This document shows, piece after piece, positions 1 to 9,644 of a stretch of DNA of 64,000 nt; position 1 is the stretch's first letter; each line of letters begins with the position of its first letter. This stretch comes from an uncultured bacterium. GTDB taxonomy: Bacteria; Auribacterota; Erginobacteria; Erginobacterales; Erginobacteraceae. The DNA is taken from positions 1 to 64,000 of the forward strand of contig CAWGIE010000047.1 of the NCBI GenBank assembly GCA_963822585.1, written 5' to 3'. A program made the translations under genes and the position numbers. A model generated the notes under the pieces. That model did no database searches. It had not been told where the DNA came from and saw nothing but the letters and a program-made list of their open reading frames with translations.

Positions 1-13
1 ACGCATGTCGGCA

Positions 14-165
14 TGATCACCGATTACCGATTACCGATTACCGATTACCGATTACCGATTACTGATTACCGGCCACTGATTACCGATCACTGATCACCGA
101 TTACTGATTACCGGCCACTGATTACCGATTACCGATTACCGATTACTGATTACCGATTACTAATG
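14..165. repeat. Degenerate tandem heptamer array (CCGATTA/CTGATTA/CTGATCA)
   Basis: About 20 consecutive 7-bp units. The same family occurs at 1236-1328 and 44765-44860. Confidence 0.95.
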
Positions 166-185
166 ACAAATCACCGGTTATTATA

Positions 186-1202
186 ATGATCAGAAGTGTT
201 AAGCAAAGAACAGTCCTGATTGTTATCCTTCCAGCCGCGCTTCTCCTGGTCGCGGCAGTCTCCCTCCACCTCGGCGATGTAGCGATTCCTTTCTCCCGGG
301 TGGTCCGGATGACGGCCGCCGCGGTGAGCGGCCGACCGGAACAGTCCACCGACGCCGCCATTATTTTCCGTCTCCGTTTCCCGCGGATCATCCTCGGGAT
401 CGTGGTCGGGGGCGGTCTGGCGGTTGCCGGCCTTCTTTTTCAGGGGCTGTTCAGGAACCCCCTGGTGGAACCGTACACGCTGGGGGTTTCCGGGGGGGCC
501 GCCCTGGGGATCAGCCTGGGGTTCCTGGCCGGCGCCGCTCTCCCCCGGTTTTCCCTCCCCCTGCTCGGGTTTGCCGGGGCCTGGCTGGCGGTCTCGCTCG
601 CCTATGCCATTGCCCGCCGCCGGAGGTTTCTCAAGATCCCCTATCTGCTCCTGGTCGGGGTCATGATCTCGTTTATCTCATCGTCTCTGATCATGCTCCT
701 TCTCTCGGTGGTCAGCCTGAGCCGGTTCCGGGCCGTTATTTACTGGACCATGGGCTCGCTGCAGGCGGCCGATCCCTCCCTGGTCCTGCTGGTCGTTCCC
801 GTCATTCTGCTGGGGACGGCGGCATCCATGACCCTGTCCTGGACCCTGAACGCCCTCCAGCTGGGAGAGGAGGGGGCGCTCCATCTGGGGGTCAGGCTGG
901 AACGCGACAAGAGATGGCTCTTTTTTCTGGGATCGCTTCTGGCCGGGACCGCGGTCGCGGTTGCCGGGGTGATCGGGTTTGTCGGCCTGGTGGTCCCCCA
1001 TGTCATGCGTCTGATCTTCGGGAACGATCACCGGATCCTGATCCCGGCATCCTTCCTGGCCGGGGGATTGTTCCTTCTCCTTTGCGATACGGCGGCCCGG
1101 ACCATCGTGGCCCCCGTGGAATTGCCGGTGGGGGTGGTGACCGGGATCGTGGGGGGAGGGCTTTTTATTTACCTCTTGAGCAGGGACAGGAATCGAGAAT
1201 GA
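186..1202 (+). CDS. FecCD/BtuC-family iron-chelate or cobalamin ABC transporter permease
   Basis: Hydrophobic protein with RFPRI, QGLFRNPLVEPYTLGVSGGA, GEEGALHLG, IGFVGLVVPH and ELPVGVVT family motifs. Confidence 0.93.
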   Translation: MIRSVKQRTVLIVILPAALLLVAAVSLHLGDVAIPFSRVVRMTAAAVSGRPEQSTDAAIIFRLRFPRIILGIVVGGGLAVAGLLFQGLFRNPLVEPYTLGVSGGAALGISLGFLAGAALPRFSLPLLGFAGAWLAVSLAYAIARRRRFLKIPYLLLVGVMISFISSSLIMLLLSVVSLSRFRAVIYWTMGSLQAADPSLVLLVVPVILLGTAASMTLSWTLNALQLGEEGALHLGVRLERDKRWLFFLGSLLAGTAVAVAGVIGFVGLVVPHVMRLIFGNDHRILIPASFLAGGLFLLLCDTAARTIVAPVELPVGVVTGIVGGGLFIYLLSRDRNRE

Positions 1203-1235
1203 AAAAGAACGAACGTCCAACGCCGTATAAAAAAA

Positions 1236-1328
1236 GTAATCAGTAATCGGTAATCAGTAATCGGTAAAGGAAGGCCGGCCGGTTCCTGCCCGACTGATTA
1301 CCGATTACTGATCACTGATTACCAATTA
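1236..1328. repeat. Inverted heptamer cassette (GTAATCA/GTAATCG ... TGATTAC/CGATTAC)
   Basis: Two oppositely oriented heptamer arms around a short GC palindrome, between the permease and ATPase genes. Confidence 0.9.
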
Positions 1329-1341
1329 CGATCGATACACA

Positions 1342-2145
1342 ATGAACGGATATTCTCATAACGATCATGAATTACTGGTTGCCCGTAACGTAAGTGCCGG
1401 ATACGGCAAGGAACTGATCCTGCGCGGGATCGACCTCTCCATCCGCCGGGGCGAGTTCATCGGGATGGCAGGCCCCAACGGATCGGGGAAGACAACCCTG
1501 ATCCGCGCCCTGACCGGCGTCATCGGGCGCCGGGAGGGGAGCCTCCGCTGGTGTGGACACCCCCTGGAGGAGCGGGATCGCAAAGAGATCTCCCGTTCCC
1601 TCGCGGTCGTCTCTCAGAACCCGGGGGGCGAGATCGACCTCCCGGTGGGAGACCTGGTCACGCTGGGCCGGATCCCGTATTTCCAGACCTTCCAGTGGCG
1701 GCCGTCTCCCCGGGATCGGGAGGCGGTTTCCTGGGCGCTGTCGGTAACGGAGACGGCTCCTCTGCGGGAGAAGAACTTCCGGCATCTCAGCGGCGGCGAG
1801 CAGCAGCGGGCGCTGATCGCGACCGCCCTAGCCCAGGAGCCGGAACTGCTCTTCCTCGACGAGCCGACCCTTCACCTGGATATCGGTTACCAGGTCGAGA
1901 TTTTCCGCCTTCTGAGGGAGCTTAACCGGGAACGGGGGCTGACCGTATTCGTCATCCTGCACGATTTAAATCTGGCGTCCGCTTATTGCCATCGGCTAAT
2001 CTATCTCCGGGAGGGAAGGGTCTGGAAGGACGGCCCGGCCCGGGAACTGATCACCCGGGAGAATCTGGGGGAGCTTTATCGGACCCGGGTCGAGGTCCTG
2101 CACCATCCCGAAACGGGGAGGCCGCTGCTCTTCCCGGAAATGTAA
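1342..2145 (+). CDS. ABC transporter ATP-binding protein (FecE/BtuD type)
   Basis: Walker A GPNGSGKT, signature LSGGEQQR, Walker B LLFLDEPT, and LHDLNLA. Confidence 0.95.
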   Translation: MNGYSHNDHELLVARNVSAGYGKELILRGIDLSIRRGEFIGMAGPNGSGKTTLIRALTGVIGRREGSLRWCGHPLEERDRKEISRSLAVVSQNPGGEIDLPVGDLVTLGRIPYFQTFQWRPSPRDREAVSWALSVTETAPLREKNFRHLSGGEQQRALIATALAQEPELLFLDEPTLHLDIGYQVEIFRLLRELNRERGLTVFVILHDLNLASAYCHRLIYLREGRVWKDGPARELITRENLGELYRTRVEVLHHPETGRPLLFPEM

Positions 2146-2171
2146 AGCGACCACGAAGGACAGGGGGAAAA

Positions 2172-2210
2172 ATGAACATCCAACGTTCAACGTCCAACGT
2201 CCAACATCCA
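2172..2210. repeat. AACGTTC/AACGTCC heptamer array
   Basis: AACATCC-AACGTTC-AACGTCC-AACGTCC-AACATCC. The family recurs at 25532, 35041, 44806, 50311, 54524 and 62142. Confidence 0.85.
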
Positions 2211-2277
2211 GAGAACGCCCCTGACGGGTTGATTCTACCGGAAATAATCAAAGCAGATAGATATCGGTTAGAGATAC

Positions 2278-3210
2278 ATGATAGGGAAGAAGACAAATAA
2301 ACCGACTGGATTACTGCTGCCGGCGGCTCTTATCGGCTTGATTATTTCCGGTTGTTCGATCAAGAAGATGGCTGTTTCCGAGCTGGGAGACGCGCTGGCC
2401 GAGAGTGGGGACGTTTACGCTTCGGACGACGATCCCGAACTGATCAAGGCGGCCTCCCCGTTCGGTTTAAAACTGATGGAGAGTCTCCTGGCCGAGGACC
2501 CGGAGCATCAAGGGCTTCTTCTCAGCGCCGCCCGGGGTTTCACCCAATATAGCTATGCCTTTGTTCAGCAGAAGGCGGAAGAACTGGAGGAGGTCGACCT
2601 GAAGCGGTCGTCCGCACTCCGGGAAGAGGCCCGCCGGCTTTACCTGCGGGCCCGTGACTACGGACTGCGGGGTCTGGAAGCCGGATACCCGGGGATCAAA
2701 CAAGAACTATACCGGGACCCCCGCCAGGCCCTGCTCCGGACCGACGGGGAAGATGTTCCGTTTCTTTACTGGACGGCCGTCTCCTGGGTTTCGGCGGTTG
2801 CTCTTTCCGGGGGCGATCCCGACCTGGTTGGAGACCTGCCGATCGTCGACGCCCTGGTCGACCGGGCCCTCTTTCTCCGGGAAGATTTCGGGGAAGGCGC
2901 TCTTCAGACTTTTTTGATAACATACACGATGAGCCGGCCGGGCGGGGAAAAAGAGAAAGTCGAACGCGCGCGGAAGTACTTCGCCCGGGCCGTCGAGCTG
3001 AGTTCCGGTGAGCAGGCCGCACCCTATGTCGCGCTGGCCGAGGCGGTCGCCGTCCCGGCCGAAGACCGGGATGAATTCCGGTCCCTGCTCAACCGCGCCC
3101 TGGCGATCGACCCGGATAAGTATCCCGGCCACCGGCTGGTCAATCTGATTTACCAGCGCCGCGCCCGCTGGCTCCTGGGGAGAGAGGATGAGCTGTTCCT
3201 GGGGCCGTAA
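2278..3210 (+). CDS. TRAP transporter TatT-component lipoprotein
   Basis: Lipobox IISGC and a helical TPR-like body (RARDYG, LYWTA, ARKYFARAVELS). It lies directly upstream of a DctP and a fused DctQM gene. Confidence 0.82.
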   Translation: MIGKKTNKPTGLLLPAALIGLIISGCSIKKMAVSELGDALAESGDVYASDDDPELIKAASPFGLKLMESLLAEDPEHQGLLLSAARGFTQYSYAFVQQKAEELEEVDLKRSSALREEARRLYLRARDYGLRGLEAGYPGIKQELYRDPRQALLRTDGEDVPFLYWTAVSWVSAVALSGGDPDLVGDLPIVDALVDRALFLREDFGEGALQTFLITYTMSRPGGEKEKVERARKYFARAVELSSGEQAAPYVALAEAVAVPAEDRDEFRSLLNRALAIDPDKYPGHRLVNLIYQRRARWLLGREDELFLGP

Positions 3211-3257
3211 TAATAAGACGATCTTCAATATACCCCGGAGCGGAAGAATATATTGAT

Positions 3258-3350
3258 TGAATGAATGGAGTAATGGAGTGGTGGAATAAGGGAGTGATGA
3301 AGCCGGCATGAGGCCCCAACACTCCACCATTCCCGTACTCCATTACTCCC
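3258..3350. repeat. Inverted octamer cassette (TGGAGTAA ... TTACTCCA)
   Basis: Degenerate 8-bp units in two inverted arms. The family recurs at 7214, 8063, 12524, 33293, 42172 and 54596. Confidence 0.88.
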
Positions 3351-3390
3351 GACCGTTAGAAAGGTTACAAAGAGGAGTTTGATAGAATAG

Positions 3391-4485
3391 ATGAAGCCGT
3401 ACATGAAGACGTTAATTGGTGTTTTTCTTATTGCTCTAGGATTATATTATTGTCAGGAGTCGACCAGCTATGCCTCTCCGACTTACCGTATTAAGATGAC
3501 CACGCTGGCGCCCCGGGGATCGTCCTACTTTGACTCCCTGCAAAAAATGGGGGACGAGTGGCAGAAAATCTCCAACGGATCGGTGAGACTGATCATCTAT
3601 CCGGGCGGTATCCAGGGCGGAGAAGCGGCCATGGTCGACCGGATGCGGATCGGCCAGAGCCAGGCCGGGATGCTGACGGCGGTCGGGCTGGCTGAGATCG
3701 AACCGGCGGTAAGGGGCCTGCAGAGTCTCCCGATGATGTTCAACAGCCTGGAGGAGGTTGATTACGTGGGCGAACGGCTGCATCCGCAGCTGGAAAAACG
3801 TCTCCTGGAGAAGGGCTATGTGGTCCTTTTCTGGGCCGATGCCGGCTGGGTGCGGTTTTTTTCCAAAGATGCGATGATTACCCCGGATGATCTCAAGAAG
3901 ATGAAGCTTTTTACCTGGTCGGGGTACCCGGAGCAGGTCGATATCATGCGGGCGGCCGGCTATAACCCGGTTCCCCTGGAGACGGGGGATATCCTCCCCG
4001 GTCTGCAGACGGGGCTGATCGACGTTGTGCCGATGCCCCCCTTCTACGCGCTTGCCCAGCAGATCTATATCCCGGCTCCCCATATGCTGGAGCTGGATTG
4101 GGCTCCGCTGGTGGGGGCGACGGTGGTTACCCGGGAAGCCTGGGAGAAGATCCCCCAACCGCTCCGGGAGAAGCTGATGGCGGCGGCGGTCGCGACGGGG
4201 GAAGAGATCAAAGCCGCCGGCAGAAAGGAGAGCGACGAGGCGGTGCGGACCATGCAGGAAAAATGGGGGCTGCAGGTGCATACCGTCTCCCCGGCGGTGA
4301 AAGAAAAGTGGCGCCGGAGCGTGGAGAAGGTGTACCCGCAAATCCGGGGGCGGTTGGTCCCGGCGGATACCTTCGACGAAGTAGTGCGGTTGCTGAAGGA
4401 GTACCGCGGTGGAGAGTCGAGTGCTCCCCGTCCGGCCCCATCCGAAATATCCCCCGGCGCAGCAGCTTCCCCGGCCGCGGAATGA
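3391..4485 (+). CDS. dctP: TRAP transporter substrate-binding protein DctP (TatP type)
   Basis: IKMTTLAPRGS, IYPGGIQGGE, DLKKMKL and GLQTGLID, plus operon context. Confidence 0.88.
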   Translation: MKPYMKTLIGVFLIALGLYYCQESTSYASPTYRIKMTTLAPRGSSYFDSLQKMGDEWQKISNGSVRLIIYPGGIQGGEAAMVDRMRIGQSQAGMLTAVGLAEIEPAVRGLQSLPMMFNSLEEVDYVGERLHPQLEKRLLEKGYVVLFWADAGWVRFFSKDAMITPDDLKKMKLFTWSGYPEQVDIMRAAGYNPVPLETGDILPGLQTGLIDVVPMPPFYALAQQIYIPAPHMLELDWAPLVGATVVTREAWEKIPQPLREKLMAAAVATGEEIKAAGRKESDEAVRTMQEKWGLQVHTVSPAVKEKWRRSVEKVYPQIRGRLVPADTFDEVVRLLKEYRGGESSAPRPAPSEISPGAAASPAAE

Positions 4486-4595
4486 GGGACACCGGCAGGG
4501 AAGATCGGTCTTGAGCGCGTTAAAGGCAGCGCTCTGAAAGGGCCCCGCGATGGCGGGGAGCCTGAGGCTGAAAACCTCCGAGCGATGGATGAGAA

Positions 4596-6464
4596 ATGGA
4601 AGAAAAGCACGCGCACTTCGCGATCGCGAAAGATAGAAAACCGGGCCGATTCCCTCTCATCAGGGCCGGCGAGAATCTGTCCATCGTCCTGGTCCTGGCG
4701 GCCATGATGCTCATCCCCCTGGCGGAGATCGTGCTCCGCCGGTTTTTTCACACCGGTATCTCGGGGGCGAGCCCGATCGTGCAGCACCTGGTGCTGATCG
4801 CCGGGATGCTGGGCGGGGCGGCGGCGGCCCGCGAGGGACGGCTGCTCTCCCTGACCACCATCGTGTCGCTTCTTCCCGCGAGTCTGCGGGATGTCGCCCG
4901 GGTGCTCAGTACTTCCTTTGCCGCCGTGGTTACCTCCTTTCTCTGCCTGGGCAGCATCCAGTACGTCGCCGTCAGCCGCCAAGCCGGCAAGATACTGGCC
5001 TACGGAATCCCCGTCTGGATGATTCAGCTGGTTCTCCCGCTTGGTTTCGCCGCCATCGCCATCCGGCTCATTCTGTGCGCTTCCTGCCGGTGGGCCGTCC
5101 GGGCCGGGATCATCGTCCTGACCGCGCTTCTTTTCCTGGCCGGTCTCTATCCGCCGGTCCCCCCCCCGGACCTGGTGCTCCCGGCACTTGCCTTCCTGGT
5201 CCTGTCGGCCCTCCTGGGGGCGCCGATCTTCACGCTGCTGGGGGGGGCCGCCCTGATCCTGTTCTGGGGGGAGGACAGTCCGATCGGTTCGATCGCGATC
5301 GACCATTACCGGATGGTGGTCAACCCCTCGCTCCCCGCCATCCCCCTCTTCACCCTGGCCGGTTATTTCATGGCCGAGGGCGGAGCGTCCCGGCGGCTGA
5401 TCCGCGTCTTCCAGGCCTTGGTCGGCCGGTTCCGCGGCGGACCGGCTCTTCTCACCGCCCTGGTCTGCGCGTTCTTTACATCGTTCACCGGGGCGTCGGG
5501 GGTGACCATCCTGGCCCTGGGAGGTCTCCTTCTCCCGGTGCTCCTGGCCGCCCGTTACTCCGAGAAAAACGCGATCGGCCTCCTTACCGGAGCAAGTTCG
5601 CTGGGGGTGCTTTTCCCGCCCTGTCTTCCCCTGATCCTTTACGCGATCGTGGCCTCGACGATGGGAGCGCCCGTTACCATCAAACAGATATTTTTGGGCG
5701 GTTTGCTCCCGGGGCTGCTCCTGGTGGCGATCATCGGGTGGTGGGGCCGTTCGCTGGCCGGGAAGAAGGAGGGGAAGCAGCCCCGGCCCCCCTTCGATCC
5801 CCGGGAGGCGGTCCGGGCCGTGCGGGCGGCGGGGTGGGAACTGCTCCTCCCGGTCGTGGCGCTGGCCGCCCTCTTCGGCGGTTTCGCCACCCCGGTGGAG
5901 GCGTCCGCGGTGACCGCGCTTTATGCCTTCATCGTGGAGACGTTCATCTACCGGGATCTGAAGATCTTCAAGGATGTTCCCCGCGTGATGGCGGAGTGCG
6001 GCCTGATTATCGGGGGGGTGCTGCTGATTATCGGGGTGGCGATGGGATTTACCAATTACCTGATCGACGCCCGGATCCCGGCGCTGGCGGTCGAGTGGGC
6101 CACCGGCTCGATCAGTTCCCCCTGGCTTTTCCTCCTGATTCTCAACCTGTTTCTCCTGGTGGTCGGTTGCCTGATGGACATCTACTCGGCCATCATCGTT
6201 GTCGTCCCCCTGATCGTTCCCCTGGGAGAAGCTTTCGGGATCGATCCCATTCATCTCGGGATCATCTTCATGGCCAATCTCCAGCTCGGCTATCTGACTC
6301 CTCCGGTAGGCATGAATCTTTTCCTGGCCTCCTATCGCTTCGACCGTTCGATGCCGGAAGTGATCCGATCGGTCATCCCCATGTTCCTGGTGCTCCTGGT
6401 CGGGGTGCTGCTCATCACCTACATCCCCATTCTCACCACCTTGCTGCCGCGCTTGTTTCCCTGA
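4596..6464 (+). CDS. TRAP transporter fused permease DctQM
   Basis: N-terminal DctQ-like helices followed by DctM motifs AIPLFTLAGYFM, FTGASG and GYLTPPVGMNLF. Confidence 0.9.
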   Translation: MEEKHAHFAIAKDRKPGRFPLIRAGENLSIVLVLAAMMLIPLAEIVLRRFFHTGISGASPIVQHLVLIAGMLGGAAAAREGRLLSLTTIVSLLPASLRDVARVLSTSFAAVVTSFLCLGSIQYVAVSRQAGKILAYGIPVWMIQLVLPLGFAAIAIRLILCASCRWAVRAGIIVLTALLFLAGLYPPVPPPDLVLPALAFLVLSALLGAPIFTLLGGAALILFWGEDSPIGSIAIDHYRMVVNPSLPAIPLFTLAGYFMAEGGASRRLIRVFQALVGRFRGGPALLTALVCAFFTSFTGASGVTILALGGLLLPVLLAARYSEKNAIGLLTGASSLGVLFPPCLPLILYAIVASTMGAPVTIKQIFLGGLLPGLLLVAIIGWWGRSLAGKKEGKQPRPPFDPREAVRAVRAAGWELLLPVVALAALFGGFATPVEASAVTALYAFIVETFIYRDLKIFKDVPRVMAECGLIIGGVLLIIGVAMGFTNYLIDARIPALAVEWATGSISSPWLFLLILNLFLLVVGCLMDIYSAIIVVVPLIVPLGEAFGIDPIHLGIIFMANLQLGYLTPPVGMNLFLASYRFDRSMPEVIRSVIPMFLVLLVGVLLITYIPILTTLLPRLFP

Positions 6465-6564
6465 CGCTCATTGGGTATTGTCTGCATGTGTTTATTGAAT
6501 GAAAATTTTGAAGATGAAGAAGTATCTTGTCGCATCGGAATTTCAAAGGAAGGGAAAACCGTTA

Positions 6565-6790
6565 GTGTAGTATCGTCCTTTCGCTACGCTACCCTTCGGC
6601 AAGCTCAGGGTCTGCGACAGGACTTGTAGGATCATAATGCCTCCGGCATTCTTTGTAGGAATTGTAGGATCGCTTCGCTTGCGGTTCGGCAAGCGTTGCC
6701 GCAGGCAACGCGATACTACATTTATTACATCTACTACAAGTCCTGAACGGAGTGAAGGACGATCCTACATAAATTAGCGCCGGAGGCGCT
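6565..6790. repeat. Composite REP-like palindromic element (TGTAGGATC ... GATCCTACA with inner hairpins)
   Basis: The outer arms TGTAGTATCGTCCTT and AAGGACGATCCTACA are near reverse complements. Related GATCCTACA units occur at 58128-58210. Confidence 0.7.
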
Positions 6791-6798
6791 CATTTATT

Positions 6799-7170
6799 AT
6801 GTACGAAGCGATTATTCAAACCCGGTTCTCGGCGGCCCATCACCTGAGAGACCATCCCGGTCCCTGCCGCCGGTGTCATGGTCATAACTGGTCGGTCAAG
6901 GTTTCCGTTCGCTGCGGCCGCTTGGATAAACAGGGGATGGTCATTGACTTCACGGTCTTGAAGAAAGAACTGGATGCCGTTTGCCGGGATCTTGACCATC
7001 TCGATCTCAACGAGATGGAATATTTCCAGCGGAAGAACCCGACCGCCGAGAATCTGGCCCGGTTTATTTTCGAGAGGCTGCGCGCGCGGATTGATAACGG
7101 CCGGGTGAGGGTCTCCGCGGTGGAAGTGGGGGAAACCGCTGCCAGCGGGGCCAGGTATAGCAGGGATTAG
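6799..7170 (+). CDS. queD: 6-carboxy-5,6,7,8-tetrahydropterin synthase
   Basis: FSAAHHL, CxxxHGHNW, GMVIDF, LDH, NPTAENLA and VGET motifs. Confidence 0.93.
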   Translation: MYEAIIQTRFSAAHHLRDHPGPCRRCHGHNWSVKVSVRCGRLDKQGMVIDFTVLKKELDAVCRDLDHLDLNEMEYFQRKNPTAENLARFIFERLRARIDNGRVRVSAVEVGETAASGARYSRD

Positions 7171-7213
7171 CGACAGAAATATTACAAATGTAATAATCGG
7201 GGGAGTCTTTAAT

Positions 7214-7300
7214 CTGGAGTGATGGAATGATGGAGTGGTGGGGTGATGGGGTGGGTGGCGATATGCTTTTTCCAACACTCCATTACTCCACCATTCCAGT
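7214..7300. repeat. Inverted octamer cassette
   Basis: TGGAGTGA/TGGAATGA arm and ACTCCA arm between queD and queE. Confidence 0.85.
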
Positions 7301-7357
7301 GCCCCTTTTCGATCCGGGATGCCCTTCGGAGACCTGATAAATTTTAACGAGCAGGGT

Positions 7358-7999
7358 ATGGTTATGCTGAAAGTCAGCGAGATATTCAAGAGCATCCAGG
7401 GGGAATCGTCCTTTGCCGGGGAGCCCTGTGTCTTTATCCGACTGGCCGGGTGTAATCTCCGCTGCGCCTGGTGTGATACCGGATACGCTCGGGAAGAGGG
7501 GACGGAGCTCCCGCTGGCGGAAGTCGTCCAAAAAGCCCTCGCCTTCAATTGCCCCCTGATCGAGATCACCGGCGGCGAGCCCCTTCTCCAGGAGGAAACC
7601 GGCCGCCTGGTCAGCGCGCTGGCCGACCGGGAGAAGACGGTCCTGGTGGAGACGAACGGCACTCTCGATATCAGCTCCCTCGATCCCCGCGCGGTGCGGA
7701 TTATGGACATCAAGTGCCCCTCGAGCGGCGAATCTCAGCGGACGAGGTGGATGAACCTGGAAGCTCTCGGCCCCGGCGACGAGATCAAGTTCGTGATCGG
7801 TTCCCCGGAAGACTATCGGTGGGCGAAGATAATCATGCGCGACCGGATCCCCCCGGATCAAAAGATCCTCCTGGCCCCGGTTGCCGGAGTCGTGGATCCT
7901 GCCGACCTGGCCCGCTGGATACTGGAGGACAATCTCCCTGTCCGCCTGCAGCTCCAGCTGCAAAAAATCATCTGGCCGGATAAAGAAAGGGGGGTGTGA
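7358..7999 (+). CDS. queE: 7-carboxy-7-deazaguanine synthase (radical SAM)
   Basis: EIFKSIQGES, CNLRCAWCDT, ITGGEPLLQ, ETNG and QLQKIIW. The start is 7358 or 7364. Confidence 0.93.
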   Translation: MVMLKVSEIFKSIQGESSFAGEPCVFIRLAGCNLRCAWCDTGYAREEGTELPLAEVVQKALAFNCPLIEITGGEPLLQEETGRLVSALADREKTVLVETNGTLDISSLDPRAVRIMDIKCPSSGESQRTRWMNLEALGPGDEIKFVIGSPEDYRWAKIIMRDRIPPDQKILLAPVAGVVDPADLARWILEDNLPVRLQLQLQKIIWPDKERGV

Positions 8000-8062
8000 T
8001 TAGAAGGCATCATCCCGTTTTGTCGGGATAAATATGTATACATGATCCAGGGATGATGCACC

Positions 8063-8165
8063 ATGGAGTACTGGAGTGCTGGAATGGTGGAGTGTTGGGA
8101 ATCGGGGGGCGGCATCATTATTACATTACTCCACCATTCCATCACTCCATTATTCCATCACTCCC
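8063..8165. repeat. Inverted octamer cassette
   Basis: TGGAGTAC/TGGAGTGC arm and TTACTCCA/TCACTCCA arm between queE and queF. Confidence 0.85.
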
Positions 8166-8231
8166 TTTCGCCATGGTATTATTTCCCGGCACAGCAGGGA
8201 TTGTTTATCAGATAACCCAGGGAGCTACATC

Positions 8232-8567
8232 ATGAACATCGACACATTTGAAAACAAGTACCCCGACCGGGATTACGTTATCACCATCCGGAACCCCGAG
8301 TATACGTCGCTCTGTCCGGTGACCGGGAATCCTGATTTCGGCACCATCATCATCGAGTACGTGCCGGATAATCTCTGCCTGGAGCTGAAGTCCCTCAAGC
8401 TCTATTTTCTCGGGTTTCGAAACCGGGGGGTTTTCTACGAGAGCCTGGTCAATGAGATCCTCGACGATCTGGTGAAAACCTGTTCCCCCCGGAAGATGAC
8501 GGTGACCGGTGAATTCACTCCCCGAGGAGGAATTACATCGACCGTGAGAGCGGAATATCGTGCATAG
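8232..8567 (+). CDS. queF: NADPH-dependent preQ0 reductase (short QueF)
   Basis: EYTSLCPVTGNPDFG, ELKSLKLY and FTPRGGI. A GGAG RBS precedes ATG 8232. Confidence 0.93.
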   Translation: MNIDTFENKYPDRDYVITIRNPEYTSLCPVTGNPDFGTIIIEYVPDNLCLELKSLKLYFLGFRNRGVFYESLVNEILDDLVKTCSPRKMTVTGEFTPRGGITSTVRAEYRA

Positions 8568-8577
8568 GCAAGACAAG

Positions 8578-8755
8578 CTCGAAAATAATTTCGAACAGAA
8601 AATCCTAAATCCTAATATCGAAATCCTAAATAAATTCTAAATACCAATGTCCGAATGCTCAAAATATCGTCGGTTTTAGCCGCCTTGTTTGGGATTTTTT
8701 AGTTTTGATCATTTGATATTATTTAGGATTTAGAAATTTAAGATTTAGGATTTCC
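8578..8755. repeat. AT-rich inverted heptamer cassette (AAATCCT ... AGGATTT), MITE-like
   Basis: Inverted arms. The core (CCGAATGCTCAAAA...CGGTTTTAGC...CATTTGATATT) is clearly homologous to 42327-42511. Confidence 0.88.
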
Positions 8756-8783
8756 CGTAATATTTAAATCAAGATAATTCTTC

Positions 8784-9485
8784 ATGAAACACGCTATTCG
8801 AATAAAAAAAGAATTGGCAATTTGTTTAGTTAGCGGGGGGCTCGACAGCTGCGTCGCGGCGGCGATGGCGGCTCGGCGGTATCAGCCGGCGTTCCTGCAC
8901 TGCAATTACGGGCAGCTTACGGAAGAGCGGGAATTGAAGGCGTTTCACGACCTGTCCGAATATTTCCGGGTGCCCGCCGGGCGCAGGCTCCTGGTCGGTA
9001 TCGAGCATCTGAAAAAGATCGGCGGCTCCAGTTTGACCGATCCGGCCCTGGAAATTCCCCGGACCGGCGCGTCGAACGGTTCCATCCCGCCGACCTACGT
9101 GCCCTTCCGCAACGCCAACCTCCTGGCCCTGGCCGTCTCCTGGGCGGAGGTGATCGGCGCCGGCCGGATTTTCATCGGGGCGATGGAAGAAGACTCCTCC
9201 GGCTATCCGGACTGCCGGGAGGAATTTTTCCGGGCCTTCAACCGGGCGATCGATCTGGGGACCCGGCCGGAAACATCGATCGTCATCGAGACGCCGATCA
9301 TTCACTTCTCGAAGGCGGAGGTGGTCCGGTGGGGGATGGAGAACGGGGCCCCGCTCCATCTCACCTGGTCCTGTTATGTCAGCCCCGGGCCCCGGCCTTG
9401 CGGGAGTTGCGACAGCTGCCGGCTCCGGGCCCGGGGGTTCAGTGAAGCCGGATTCGAGGATCCGATTGCCGCGGCTTTAAAATAA
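8784..9485 (+). CDS. queC: 7-cyano-7-deazaguanine synthase
   Basis: SGGLDS, YGQ, GGSSLTD, TYVPFRN, YPDCR and TWSCY...CGSCDSC. Confidence 0.96.
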   Translation: MKHAIRIKKELAICLVSGGLDSCVAAAMAARRYQPAFLHCNYGQLTEERELKAFHDLSEYFRVPAGRRLLVGIEHLKKIGGSSLTDPALEIPRTGASNGSIPPTYVPFRNANLLALAVSWAEVIGAGRIFIGAMEEDSSGYPDCREEFFRAFNRAIDLGTRPETSIVIETPIIHFSKAEVVRWGMENGAPLHLTWSCYVSPGPRPCGSCDSCRLRARGFSEAGFEDPIAAALK

Positions 9486-9490
9486 ATATT

Positions 9491-9598
9491 CACCACGAAG
9501 GACACGAAGGACACGAAAGATGATGAAGAAAAAAATCGATTTAGTTCATTTTCAATAAAATCTTCGTGTCCTTCGTGTTCTTCGTGTTCTTCGTGGTT
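9491..9598. repeat. Inverted nonamer cassette (CACGAAGGA ... TCCTTCGTG)
   Basis: 9-bp units in inverted arms around an AT-rich core. The family also occurs at 10209, 20228, 30958 and 32434. Confidence 0.9.
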
Positions 9599-9644
9599 TC
9601 GGTTGTTTGTATTCCAGATACAAGGTTTTCGAAAAGGTATCGTT

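Noticed and set aside
4065..6502. Long alternative ORFs (4065-6254 minus, 5075-6502 plus; likewise 17627-19012, 25745-27133, 50996-52291)
   Set aside because: These are shadow frames of well-supported genes in GC-rich DNA, with no family motifs.
6465..6798. preQ1 riboswitch upstream of queD
   Set aside because: No recognisable preQ1 aptamer; the region is explained by REP-like palindromes.
8053..8235. Short ORFs and N-terminal extensions reading through repeats (also 27562-27753, 62343-62819, 9566-9793)
   Set aside because: They are translations of micro-repeat arms; better RBS-supported starts exist downstream for the real genes.
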